Source: Chiloscyllium plagiosum (lineage: Eukaryota). From it: a stretch of DNA of 22,040 nucleotides. The notes under the pieces are model-generated. The model was not told the DNA's origin. It saw only the letters and a list, made by a program, of their open reading frames with translations, and did not search any database. Positions within the stretch are counted from its first letter, which is position 1. Each line of letters begins with the position of its first letter. This document shows, piece by piece, positions 11,589-21,896 of this stretch. A program made the position numbers and the translations under genes. The stretch covers positions 10,544,355 through 10,566,394 of the forward strand of contig NC_057720.1 in the NCBI RefSeq assembly GCF_004010195.1, read 5' to 3'.

Positions 11589-12488
11589 CTAAAGGCAAGG
11601 AAAGGGTAAGTAGCTGCAGACTAAGTGAAGCATGGAATAATTGCACAGTATTTGGATTGGCACTGATATCACTGATGACAAGTGTAAAGTCAAATTGATC
11701 TGGAAATTCTAATTTCAAATCCCAGTTGCTTTAATTGCTTTGTGAATTGTTATAAATGCAAAATATCATTTTTTTACATAATTTATTAATGCAAATGGAA
11801 CTTTGGGAGTTAAAAATTGGTTTTGCGCTGATTCTCAGGCACTGTGTTTAGGATTCATGAGCTGCTCATTCCGAGTCGGGTATAGATACAAAACACATTA
11901 ACCTTACCCTGCCATCTGATGTATATAGTGGGAACTACGTGTCCCCTGCACTGCTGACTGCCACTGCATTTTAGAGTGCACTGAGCAGTAAAAAGATGCT
12001 GAAGCCAGCCTTCTGTGGTAGAGGTGCAGAGGAGGAGAGACACCATGGATCTTGAGGGAATGGGGCCATGAGATCCTTAAGACCCATCCTCAGACGGGAG
12101 TAGGAGCAGGTAGCCAGGAAGGTTAATACCTATTGTCTGAATCTGAAGGATTCAGCAGGTTTTTTTTAATGTATTCGCTCATGGGATGTGGGTGGAGGGG
12201 GTGGGGGTGGGGTGGGGTGTGTGCATGGTGATGTGTCGAAAAATGCGAAGGATTCCTTTCCCATGTTTGACCTGAAGCTATGAGAACTCGTGGGGTCCAC
12301 ACTCAATGTACTCAATGCCCATAATCCCTGCAAGCACTGCTTCAAATGTAGAAACAGTCAACAGTTCCATCAGGCTGAATGTGCGATACATTTTATGTTC
12401 TGGAGGTTATAATTAGATACATGCACATAACAGACACTGACAGTACGAATATACATTTCATTTTATAGAGCCACATTATCAGTCTCAC

Positions 12489-12737
12489 CCAGGCCATCAT
12501 CAGAAAGTTCCTGTTCAATTGTTGGGCCAGTTGGTCGTTCAATAATAACCATTGCATTTGCAAACAGGACGGGTGAGAATCTCTGACTGACTTCTGCGTA
12601 AATTGTCCGACCACCAACCGAATCCTTTTCACTGATGTGCACAGGGGAACTTTCTCGTCTGCTGCTCGGGATGTCACTATGATACTTATAACCTGTTCGA
12701 TGCCAGGATTCAGGATGCCATAATTCCAAGGACCTGC
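12489..12737 (-). CDS. CLCA: CLCA exon, frameshifted (AGPWNYGILNPGIEQVISIIVTSRAADEKVP-fs-VHISEKDS...IYAEVSQRFSPVL...ELSDDGL), 249 bp
   Basis: Acceptor ttttattccag|GCA and donor CTGG|gtgaga. CLCA similarity switches frame near 12645; length is 3n where 3n+1 is needed. Confidence 0.9.
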
Positions 12738-12836
12738 CTGGAATAAAAATATTTATTTTCAACAGCTGGATAAGTAAGAGCTTCTGCAACACCTGAATGC
12801 TTTCTCTAAATTCACCTGGAGAATATCTGCTCATTG

Positions 12837-13043
12837 AGGTAAAAACAATGACTGCAGATGCTGGAAACCAGATTCTGGATCAGTGGTGCTGGAAGAGCAC
12901 AGCAATTCAGGCAGCATCCGAGGACAGGCAAAATCGACGTTTCGGGCAAAAGCCTCCTGATGAAGGGCTTTTGCCCGAAACGTCGATTTTGCCTGTCCTC
13001 GGATGCTGCCTGAATTGCTGTGCTCTTCCAGCACCACTGATCC
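12837..13043 (+). mobile_element. 207-bp palindromic Penelope-like terminal-repeat insertion with perfect 15-bp TSD
   Basis: TSD AATATCTGCTCATTG at 12822-12836 and 13044-13058. Perfect inverted arms at 12876-12954 and 12966-13044 with an 11-nt loop. Arms are homologous to the PLE end at about 19800-19880. Confidence 0.92.
12957..12984 (+). ncRNA. Minimal type I hammerhead ribozyme core (PLE-associated)
   Basis: CUGAUGA (12957-12963), extra A, stem II GGGC-UUUU-GCCC, GAAA (12977-12980), CGUC with predicted cleavage after 12984. Stem I is only about 2 bp. Confidence 0.65.
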
Positions 13044-13049
13044 AATATC

Positions 13050-13340
13050 TGCTCATTGCCCATCCCCAAGTGTCCTTGAGAAAGTGATTTGAACTGTTGC
13101 GCTCTAGCTAGGGGAGTGTTGCTACGTGAAGAAAGTACCAGGATTTTGACCCAGTGTTCATGAAGAAATAATGGAACAGTTCCAAATCAGGATGGCATTG
13201 ACTTGAAAGGGAACTTGCAACTGAAGGAGTTCCTGCTGCCTTGGTCATTCTAAATGGCGGAGTTCTTGGATTTGATTGAAGGTATAGCCATGGTCTCGTT
13301 GAGTTGCTGTACTGTATCCTGTAGTTGTTCAATGCAGTCC
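13050..13340 (-). mobile_element. Old remnant of the 3' end of the LINE family seen at 16630-18404
   Basis: ATTGCCCATC...CCTTGAGAAAGTG...CCAGGATTTTGACCCAG...TTCCAAATCAGGATGG aligns by eye with 16855-17160. Confidence 0.6.
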
Positions 13341-13811
13341 AGGTAAGTCCCAGATTTACTTGCTGTTTTGTGCCTTCTTTGTTGGTATGAGCTTAGGTAC
13401 TGGGAAACCTTTTACAAATGCCCTCAGTGTCACTTATTGGGGGAGAGAAAAATAAATGGACATGGCACCCACCATGATCAACACTGAATTGTTTAGCACA
13501 GTGAATAGGGAGCAGAAAGGAACAGAAGTTCAATAAGTGAATATTGAAAACCATCATGGAGGGAGTTCAGTGCAGGGAAGTATGAGACAATTCACTCCAT
13601 CGCCAAGAAAAATTGATCCAAATAGTTGTGAGAATAGTAGTTGTGGGAATGATCTAGATGGATCACATTGTACTAATGGACAGCTACAAGAATGTCAGCC
13701 TTCATTTCGAGGGGCTGGAATATAATGGTGTGGATGTTATGATCCCAGCGGTGTAAAGCTCTGGGAATACCGCATCTGCAGTATTACTTTCTCCCACCAG
13801 GAAAGATGGAA

Positions 13812-13905
13812 TAGGTTCTGAAGAACGGGCATTGGACTCTATTTCTCCCTCCACAGATGCTGCTAGGCCAGTTGAGTTTCCCAGCAATTTCAGTTTTTAT
13901 TTCCA
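13812..13905 (+). mobile_element. Single arm of the 1641-1826 element family
   Basis: TTCTGAAGAA...CTCCACAGATGCTGCTAGGCCAGTTGAGTTTCCCAGCAATTTC. Confidence 0.6.
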
Positions 13906-14079
13906 GCACAGATTCTTTATGATGTTCCTGTTGTGATGAGGATTAAATAATGAGGAAATGTTTCATAGACTGAGGTGCTTTTGTTTGAACTAGAGACGAT
14001 TTAGAGTGATTTATTCTGAGTGTTCATGGTGATTAAAGAATTTTATTGCCTCCTTTGGGAACATCCAAACAAAATGAGG

Positions 14080-14640
14080 GATCAGCTGTAAGGGTCAAAG
14101 CTAGGAAGCACACAAGAACTAATTGAAATTTAGAATTTTGGGTATTTGCTGCTCAAATAAATATTTCAATACTGAGAACACTGAATATTGAAAGGCAAAT
14201 ATGTCAAGGGGTTTGGAACCAAACTGAGTACATTGATTTAAGATACAAATCAGCCATGGTCTCACTGAATAACAGAAGTCATTTAAGGGACTGACTTGTC
14301 TTTCTTATATGACATTGAGGCACCATTGATGTACTCAGGAATATCAGAAATAAGAACATCAATCATACCCTGCCATTTGACCAATTCATGGATGATCTTC
14401 TATCTCAATGCCATTGACCTGCACTATCTCCATACCTCTTAATGACTTCAACATCTGGAAGTCTACCAATCTCTGTCTTGAGCATAGTCCCCAGCACTTT
14501 AGTGTGTTTACTACCCTTTACTCGAAAGTGTGTCGGCAAAATTGAGGTGAACTCAGAATTGTTTTCGCTTTTGGTGCCTCCATGGGTTCCCAAGGCTCTC
14601 AATGGCATTGAATGACCCTAATGCCCATGTCCTCACCAAT
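14080..14640. mobile_element. Two highly degenerate CR1 3' remnants, tail to tail (about 14080-14310 on +, about 14340-14640 on -)
   Basis: TCAAGGGG...CAGCCATGGTCTCACTGAAT..CAGAAG...AAGGGACTGA pattern and an inverse counterpart; boundaries approximate. Confidence 0.45.
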
Positions 14641-14898
14641 GCATTGGCAGCTGTACCATGCAGAAGTGATACATTTCAAATTGTAACGTAACTATTTTGT
14701 TTCACTCCATGTGTGCTGTGTACTCAACTGGCTAATGGCAGAGATCATGTGAAAGACTGCACTGTATAATTGTCGAAATAGAGGATGGTTGAGAGTAAAC
14801 ATGCTGCTGTCCAATGACTCTGCTGGAAAACATGATTAACAATGATACAATGTACACTGCAGAACATAAAGAATCAAAGGAGACATTTTGATCCCTAC

Positions 14899-15119
14899 CT
14901 ATGCAGTGCCAGGAATGTTCAGACGGGCTGTACGTGTTGTACTATCAGCCTTAAAGTCATTGTTGTTGTACACGTTTCCACTGGGGTCATATACAAACAT
15001 TTCTGGTGTCTGCTTCTGCCATGTAATTACAAACAACATGTGGTTCCCAATGGTCTTATCGACGAAAACTATTCCTTTCAACCAAGGTCATCTTCAACCT
15101 TTGTTCCAGAGCTTTCAAG
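14899..15119 (-). CDS. CLCA: CLCA exon, disrupted (LESSGTKVEDD-fs-WLKGIVFVDKTIG...DPSG...LNIPGTA*), 221 bp
   Basis: Acceptor ttggttccag|CTT and donor TAG|gtaggg. Length is 3n+2 although both ends should be phase 0. The entry frame hits TGA at 15078-15080 and the homologous frame ends in TAG at 14899-14901. Confidence 0.9.
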
Positions 15120-15205
15120 CTGGAACCAAAGAAATGGATCTATTGAATTTAATGTTAAGTTAACAAAAGGATAATGAGAAAGTCATTATCTGAGGGAAAA
15201 CAGAC

Positions 15206-15312
15206 CTGAACTAACTGTTGACTAATGTCACCATTTCCTGATACTATTGAAGAGAAGGCATCAGTTAATCCAGTTGCATACACATTATCTGTGGCTGCAA
15301 ACTGTTGACCCC
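15206..15312 (-). CDS. CLCA: CLCA exon, end of vWA (GGQQFAATDNVYATGLTDAFSSIVSGNGDISQQLVQ), 107 bp, phase 1-0
   Basis: Manual translation (absent from the ORF track); acceptor ttctctag|GG and donor CAG|gtctgt; matches the CLCA GL-x-DAF...SGNG pattern. Confidence 0.93.
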
Positions 15313-15941
15313 CTAGAGAATGGAGAGGGTAAGAAAGTTATAAACATGGATCAAATACATGGTCAATGGGCAATGCCAATTGAGACTGAAATGAAGAAGG
15401 AGGCATCAGAGATTTCTGCAATGTGACAGTAACTGCCCAATGTCAAATTGTTTGGAGTAAAACATTGAACACGATAACATTGATTTTAATCCTGTCTGAT
15501 TAGCAGGAACAATGTCTGGTTGAGGGAAGAAGAATTAAAATGGCAGTGGTAGCCATTATGTTCTCATTACCTGCAATATTAACAGTTAGCTTGGAGAATC
15601 AAATCTGACTGACTAGAAATATGGACATGTCCATGACTTTTATTGGATATTAAAGTTGTGCGACATAAATAAATTGACTTGGCTAATTTCCTGTTAGCTC
15701 TACTTATGGACAGTGCCAGGAGTAAAGTCCCACCAACTTCCTGTTGGAGTCTGCCCAGTAATTGGAATGCTCTCAACTGAAATTCCTTTATCCAGTATTT
15801 TCATTGAGGGCCACCCAATTCATTTTAAACCTGTTACCACTTCCACCACAATAAACGTTGGGAGCAGAACTCAAAACAACAAGGCTTGTGGTTGTGTTCC
15901 TCTCCCAAGAATTCATGAGAAATTCTTTGTGTTCTTATTAC

Positions 15942-16119
15942 CTGTCAATGTTGACATCTGTTCCAGCTCTGTGGCTGCATTCGGTCCTAATGCTATCGTG
16001 TGGATAACTGCACCACTTTGTTCCACCTCCGAGAAACAACTGCTTATCCCACTGTCCTCCCCATCAGTCAGCAAAACAACTTCATCACCATTTGTAGCAC
16101 CGTCGTCACCACCAAGTAC
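15942..16119 (-). CDS. CLCA: CLCA exon, vWA domain (VLGGDDGATNGDEVVLLTDGED...IHTIALGPNAATELEQMSTLT), 178 bp, phase 0-1
   Basis: Acceptor ctttgcag|GTA and donor ACAG|gtaata; LTDGED supplies a MIDAS-type Asp. Confidence 0.95.
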
Positions 16120-16206
16120 CTGCAAAGCCGTTAAGTTATTGTCAACGTGGGAAAACTGAAAAATAAAATGAGTTACTAAAGTTTGCTGAAGCATTTCAGC
16201 TTCTAC

Positions 16207-16431
16207 CTGAAAACCAGCCTGGATTCCTGCGCAGATATTTGTCCCTCCATTAGCTGTTGTAGGTAGCAATTGGACAAGTTGATTCCTCACATCTTCATTA
16301 TCAATCACTTTCAAATGTGATTGAATAGTTGCAGTATTGTTAAAAGTGACTATTCCAACTTGTGATTTTGCTTCAATGATCTGAAGTAAGAATATCTCCG
16401 CTGCTTGTCGGAGTCTGCTAATACGATTCTC
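16207..16431 (-). CDS. CLCA: CLCA exon, vWA domain (ENRISRLRQAAEIFLLQIIE...GGTNICAGIQAGFQ), 225 bp, phase 0-0
   Basis: Acceptor ttcaacag|GAG and donor CAG|gtagaa; 75 open codons similar to the CLCA vWA domain. Confidence 0.95.
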
Positions 16432-16629
16432 CTGTTGAATTAAAAAAAGACAATGTAATATGCAGCTCACTGCCTTTTAGCTGATTTGTTTATCATTACA
16501 TTTAAAGTAATATTGATAAAAATTAATTTAAAGTTAGTATTAAGCATTCTGCTTTGCTGGAGATAGTGTGTAAATTTTTTTTGATGATTGTTTTGGCTGC
16601 ATTAATTCAAGCAAATGTTTCCTTTTTAC

Positions 16630-18404
16630 AGATGGGATGTGGGTGTCATTGGCAACAGCAGTATTTATTGCCCATCTTTAATTGCCTTTGAACTGAACGA
16701 CTTGCTGGGCATTTCAAGGGTAGTTAAAGTCAACTACAGTCTCTGAGACTGGAGTCACATCTGCATCAGATAACATTGGCAGATTTCCTTACTGAAAGGC
16801 CATTAGTTCCTTATTTACAACAATGATTGCCATTTGTTCAACTGGCCAGCATCTACTGCCCATCCGTAGTTGCACGTGAGAAGGTGGTGTTGAGCTACCT
16901 TCATGAACTACTGCAGTCCACATGCTGTGGCTTGACCAACAATGCCTTTAGGGAGGGAATTCCCAGCATTTTACCGAACAATAGTGAAGGGACAGGAATA
17001 TATGTCCAAGTCAGCATGGTCTATGATTTCGAGGGAACCATGAACATGTTGGTGTTCCCGTGTCTCTGCTGCCCTTGTCCTTCTAGAAGGAAGTGGTCAT
17101 GGGTTTGGAAGGTGCTGCCTGAGGATCTTTGGTGAATTTCTGCAGTGCATCTTGTAGACAGTATGCACTGCTACTACTGAGCGTTGATGGTGGATGGAGT
17201 GGACGTTGTGGATGTGATGCCAATCAAATCAGCTACTTTGTCCTTGATGGTGTCAAGCTGCTTGAGTGTTGTCAGAGCTGAACTCCTCTAGGCAAGTGGA
17301 CAGTATTCCATCACACACCTGTCTTGTGCCTTGCAGATGGAGTCAGGAGCATATCTGGACAATTGTCAGATAGATACCAGTTTTTCACTGTACTGGAAGA
17401 GCTTGGTTAAGAAAGTGTCAAGTTCTGGAGCACAAGTCTTCTGTACAACTGTTGGAATGTGGCCAGGGCCCATAGTCTTTGCAATATCCAATGTTTCCAA
17501 ACATTTCTTGATCTCACATGGAGTGAATCAAACTAGCTGAAGACTGGCATCTATGATACTGGGGACCACTGGAGGAGATCCAGATGAAACTTGGTATTTG
17601 TAGCTGAAGGTTGTTGCAAATGCTTCAGCTTTAACTTTCACACTATGTTGGATTCTTCCAAGATTGAGGATGGGGATATTTGTGGATCATCCTCCTCCCA
17701 CTTAGTTGTTGAATCGACCACCGCCATTCACAACTGGATGTGGCAGGACTGCAGAGCTTTGATCCATTGATTGTGGGATCACTTGTGCTGTTTGAATTAC
17801 AAGTAATCCTGTTTGGTACTTTCACCAGGTAGACACCTCATGTTCAGATATGCCTTCAGCTGCTCCTGCATTCTCCATTGAAACAGGATTGATTCCCTGG
17901 CTTGATGGTAATGGTCCAGTGGGGGATGTGCTGGGCCATGAGGTTGTGAATTGTGCTGAAGACAATTCTGCTCCAGGTCATGGCCCATAGTACCTCATGG
18001 ATGCCAAGTCTTGAGTTGTTCAAAGTCTGTCTCATGTAGCACAGTGTTAGTACTGCACAACACAATGGAGGGTGGTCTCAATGTGAAGGTGGGACTTCAT
18101 CTCCACAAGGATTGTGCAGTGGTCGCTCTTACTGATACTGTCATGGACAGGTGCATCTGCGGACAGCAGATTGGTAAGGATGAGGTCAGGTACATTGATT
18201 CCCTCACCGCCTGCTGCAGACCCAGTCTGGTAGCTTGGTTCATTAGGACCTTACCAGTTCGATCAGTAGCACTGCTGCTGAGCCCTCCTTGATGGTGGAC
18301 ATTGAAATGCCTCGCCCAAAGTACATTTTGTGTCCTTGCCTTCGTCAGTGCTTCCTCGAAGTTTGTTCAACATGGAGGAGTATCAATTCAGTAGCTGAGG
18401 GAGG
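16630..18404 (-). mobile_element. Decayed APE-type LINE of a second CR1/L2-group lineage, internally deleted
   Basis: Minus-strand remnants DLILTNLLSADAPVHDSISKSDHCTILVE (endonuclease end), SKLCSPATSSCEW and LDIAKTMGPGHIPTVVQKTCAPELDTFLTKLFQYS. The RT core is missing near 17340-17380. The 3' region appears partly duplicated (ATTGCCCATC motif at about 16667 and 16855). Confidence 0.8.
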
Positions 18405-18830
18405 ACATACATGGAGATGCACTGCATGGAACCCTTTGGTCCAACCCATCCATGCCAACCCGATTTCCAAACTTAATCTCGTCCCATTTGCCAGCACTTG
18501 GCCCATATCATTTCCTAAACCCTTCCTATTCATGTACCCATCCAGGTGCCTTAAATGTTGTAATTGTACCGGCCTCCATCACTTCCTCTGGCAGCTCATT
18601 CCATACACACACCATACTCTGTGTGAAAAAGTTATCCCTTTTGTCCCTTTTAAATCTTTTCCCTCTCTCACTAAACTTAACTCCTCCAGTTCTGGACTCC
18701 CCCAACCCAGGGAAAAGACCTTATCTATTTACCTTACCCATCCCCCTCATGATGTTATAAACCTCCAAAAGATCACACCTCAGACTCTGATGTTCCAGGG
18801 AAAACAGCCGCAGGCTATTCAGCCTTTCCC
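18405..18830 (-). mobile_element. CR1 (HER1-like) LINE 3' fragment
   Basis: Reverse complement is closely similar to 957-1343. Confidence 0.9.
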
Positions 18831-19885
18831 TACAACCCCCTGACTCCCACAGCTACCTGAATTACACCTCCTTCCACCCTGCCTCCTGCAAAAATGCTAT
18901 TCCCTTATCTCAATTCCTCCGCCTCTGCTGCATCTGCTCCGTGGAGGACCCGTTCCACCACAGAACACACCAGATGGCCTCCTTCTTTAAAGACCGCAAT
19001 TTCACCTCCCAGGTGGTTGAAGATGCCCTCCAACGCATCTCATCCACATCCCATGCTTTCCCTCCTCACCACTATCTGCTTTCCACAAAGACCATTCCTT
19101 CCGAGATTACCTGGTTAGGTCCAGCCCCCTAACAGCCCACCCTCCTCGCTCGGCATCTTCCCCTGCCACTGGAGGAATTGCAAAACCTGCGCCCACACCT
19201 CCCCCCTCACCTCCATCCAATGCCCAAAAGGAGCCTTCCACATCTATCAAAGTTTCACCTGCACCTCCACACATGTCATTTAATGTATACGTTGCTCCCA
19301 ATATGGTCTCCTCTACATTGGGGCGACTGGTTGCCTACTCACAGAGCGCTTCAGAGAAGATCTCCAGGACACCTGCACCAATCATTCCCACCGCCCTGTG
19401 GCCGAACATTTCAACTCCCTCTCCCACTCCGCCAAGGACATGCAGGTCCTGAGCCTCCTCCGTCGCCACTCCCTCACCACCCAATGCTAGGCGGAAGAAC
19501 GCCTCATCTTCCATATCGGAACCCTTCAACCCCACGGCATCAATGTGGGCTTCACCAGCTTCCTCAATTCCCCTCCCCCTCACTTTACCCCAGTTCCAAA
19601 CTTGCAGCTCAGCACTGTCCTCTTGACCTGTCCCATTTGTCAATCTTCCTTCCCACCTATCCACTCCACCTTCCTCTCCGACTTATCACCTTCACCCCCA
19701 CCTCCAACCACCTATTGCACTCTCAGCTACCTTCCCCCCAGCCCCACCCTCCTCCCATTTATCTCTTCCACAACCGAGGCGCCCAGCCTCATTTCTCATG
19801 AAGGGCTTTTGCCCGAAAAGTCGATTTTTCTGTTCCTCGGATGCTGCTTGACCTGCTGTGCTTTTCCAACACCACACTCTCGAAT
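18831..19885 (+). mobile_element. 5'-truncated Penelope-like retroelement (RT C-terminus, Cys-rich linker, GIY-YIG endonuclease, terminal repeat)
   Basis: DSHSYLNYTSFHPASCKNAIPLSQFLRLCCICS, FPCHWRNCKTCAH, FTCTSTHVI*CIRCSQYGLLYIGAT...ERFRE...PVAEHFN...GTLQPHGIN; stops and deletions present. Degenerate hammerhead core at 19795-19822. Confidence 0.93.
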
Positions 19886-19889
19886 GCTA

Positions 19890-21895
19890 TAACTCTAGTA
19901 TGTTGGATGGATCGGTTTTTGTCCAATGTTTGCAGGAGAGTTTCATGACACAATATGTCGAAGGGCCGACATGAGGGGAGGCCACACTGGATCTGGTGCT
20001 TGGTAATGATCTAGTGATAGGTGAGCACTTTGGACAGAGTGACCATAATTCAGTTAAGTTTAGTTTAGTGATGGAAAGGGATAGGTACATGCCACAGGGC
20101 AATAGTTATTGATGGGGAAAGGGGAATTATAATAGAATTAGGCAATACTTAGGAGGCATGGAATCGGGCAGCAAAATGCTGGAGTTGGGACATTCGAAAT
20201 GTAGAGCTGGTTTAAGGAACAGATATTGCACATCTTTGATAGGTATGTCCCTGTCAGGTAAGGAGGATGTAATTAAGTAAGGGAACCGTGATTTATTAAA
20301 GAAATCGTATCTCTTGTTAAGCGGAAGAGAGAGGCTTATGTGAAGTTGAGGCAAGATGGTTCAGATGAGGCGATAGAGAGTTACAGATTAGCTGGGAAGG
20401 ATTTAAAGAGAGAGTTAAGAAGAGCAAGGAGGGGACATGAGCAGTCTTTAGCAGGTAGAATAAAGGAGAACCCGAAATGTTTCTGTAGATATGTGAGGAA
20501 TAAAAGGATGACTAGGGCAGGAATACAGCCTGTCAAAGACAGAAGTGGGATTTTGTGCCTGGACCCTGTGAAGAATGGAGAGATGCTAAATGAATATTTC
20601 TCATCTGTTTTCAATCAGGAAAAGGAGAATATTGTAGAGCAGAAGACAGAGAAATGGGCTATTAGACTTGAAAGGATTGAGGTTAGTAAGGAGGAGGTGT
20701 TATCAATTCTAGAAGATGTGAAAGTAGATAGTCTCCTGGCTGGATGGGATTTATCCAAGGATTCTCTGGGAAGCTAGGGAAGAGATTGCTGAGCCTTTGG
20801 CCTTGATCTTTGAGTTGTCATTGTCTGCAGATTTAGTACCAAAGGACTGAAGGATTGCAAGTGTTGTGCCCTTGTTCAAGAAGGGCAGCAGAGATGACCC
20901 AGGTAATTATAGACCAGTGAGCCTGATGTCTGTTGAAGGAAAAGTTTTGGAAAGGAATTTAAGAGATAGGATTTATAATCATCTAGCAAGCAACTATTTG
21001 ATTGGAAAGTAATTAACATGGATTAGTCAGGGCAGGCCATGTCTCACAAACCTCATTGATTTCTTTGACAAGGTGACCAAGCATGTGGATGAGGGTAGGG
21101 CAGTTAACGTGGTGCACATGGACTTCAGTAAAGCCTTTGATAAGGCAGGCTATTGGAGAAAATGTGGAGGCACAGGATTGAAGGTGATTTAGCAGTTTGG
21201 ATGAGAAACTGGCTTTCTGTATGAAGGCAATGAGTGATAGTTGATGGAAAATATTCAGCCTAGAATCCAATTACTAGTGGTGTGCCAGAAGGATCTGCTT
21301 TGGGACCACTGCTGTTTGTCAGTTTTATAAATGACTTCGACGCAGGCATAGATGGATGGATAAGTAAGTTTACATATGACACTAAAGTCGGTGGAGTAGT
21401 GGACAGTGTGGAATGTTGCAGGTTGCAGGGAGACTTGGATAAACTGCAAAATTGGGCTGAGAGGTGGCAAATGGAGTTCAATGCAGATAAATGTGAGGTG
21501 ATTCACTTTGGGAAGAATAACAGGAAAACAAAATACTGGGTCAATATAAAGATTCTTGGTAGTGTGAGTGTGCAGAAGGATCTTGGTGTCCATGTACATA
21601 AATCCCTGAAAGTTACCACCCAGGTTGATAGTGCTGTAAGAAGGCAAATGGTGTGTTAGGTTTTATTGGTAGAAGGATTGAGTTGCAGAGCCATGATGTC
21701 ATGCTGTAACTGTACAAAACGATAGTGCAGCATCACTTGGAGTATTGTATGCAGTTCTGGTCCCCACATTACAGGAAGGATGTGGAAGCATTGGAGAAGG
21801 TGCAGAGAAGATTTACCAGGATGTTTCCTGGTCTGGAGCGAAGGTCTTATGAGGAAAGGCTGAGGGACTTGGGTCAGTTCTCACTGGAAAGAAGA
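19890..21895 (+). mobile_element. CR1 LINE ORF2 fragment, about 2 kb, decayed, interrupted at its 3' side by a PLE
   Basis: ATLDLVLGN, SDHN, IKENPKCF, NYRPVSL, MDFSKAFDK, VPEGSALGP, KFTYDTK, KCEVIHFG, LEYCMQFWSPHYRKDV. Confidence 0.95.
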
Positions 21896-21896
21896 A

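Larger units (their letters stand above)
2839..16431 (-). pseudogene. CLCA: CLCA-family gene (CLCA1/CLCA4-like), 3' eight coding exons; probably pseudogenised or truncated
   Basis: Spliced translation gives vWA motifs (GGTNIC, LLTDGED, IHTIALGP), then DPSG, VTSRA, DDGLGADVFKNDGIYTKYF, YIPGY, PPCKITDL, WTAPGEDYD and SNVAKV, in CLCA order. Splice sites are GT-AG with compatible phases except at the lesions. Frameshifts near 15085, 12645 and probably 2980; TAG at 14899-14901. Confidence 0.85.

Noticed and set aside
12797..13087. Overlapping opposite-strand ORFs sharing ILDQWCWKSTAIQAASEDRQNRRFGQKP
   Set aside because: A direct consequence of the perfect palindrome; no protein-family resemblance.
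15078..15119. Rescue of the broken exon by an alternative acceptor, selenocysteine or stop readthrough
   Set aside because: The TGA arises from a frameshift. The homologous frame has another TGA just before CCT TGG TTG and a TAG at the exon end, and the next exon is also frameshifted.
19178..19801. 207-aa Pro/His/Leu-rich ORF
   Set aside because: Off-frame reading of C-rich Penelope sequence; the real GIY-YIG frame is different and contains stops.
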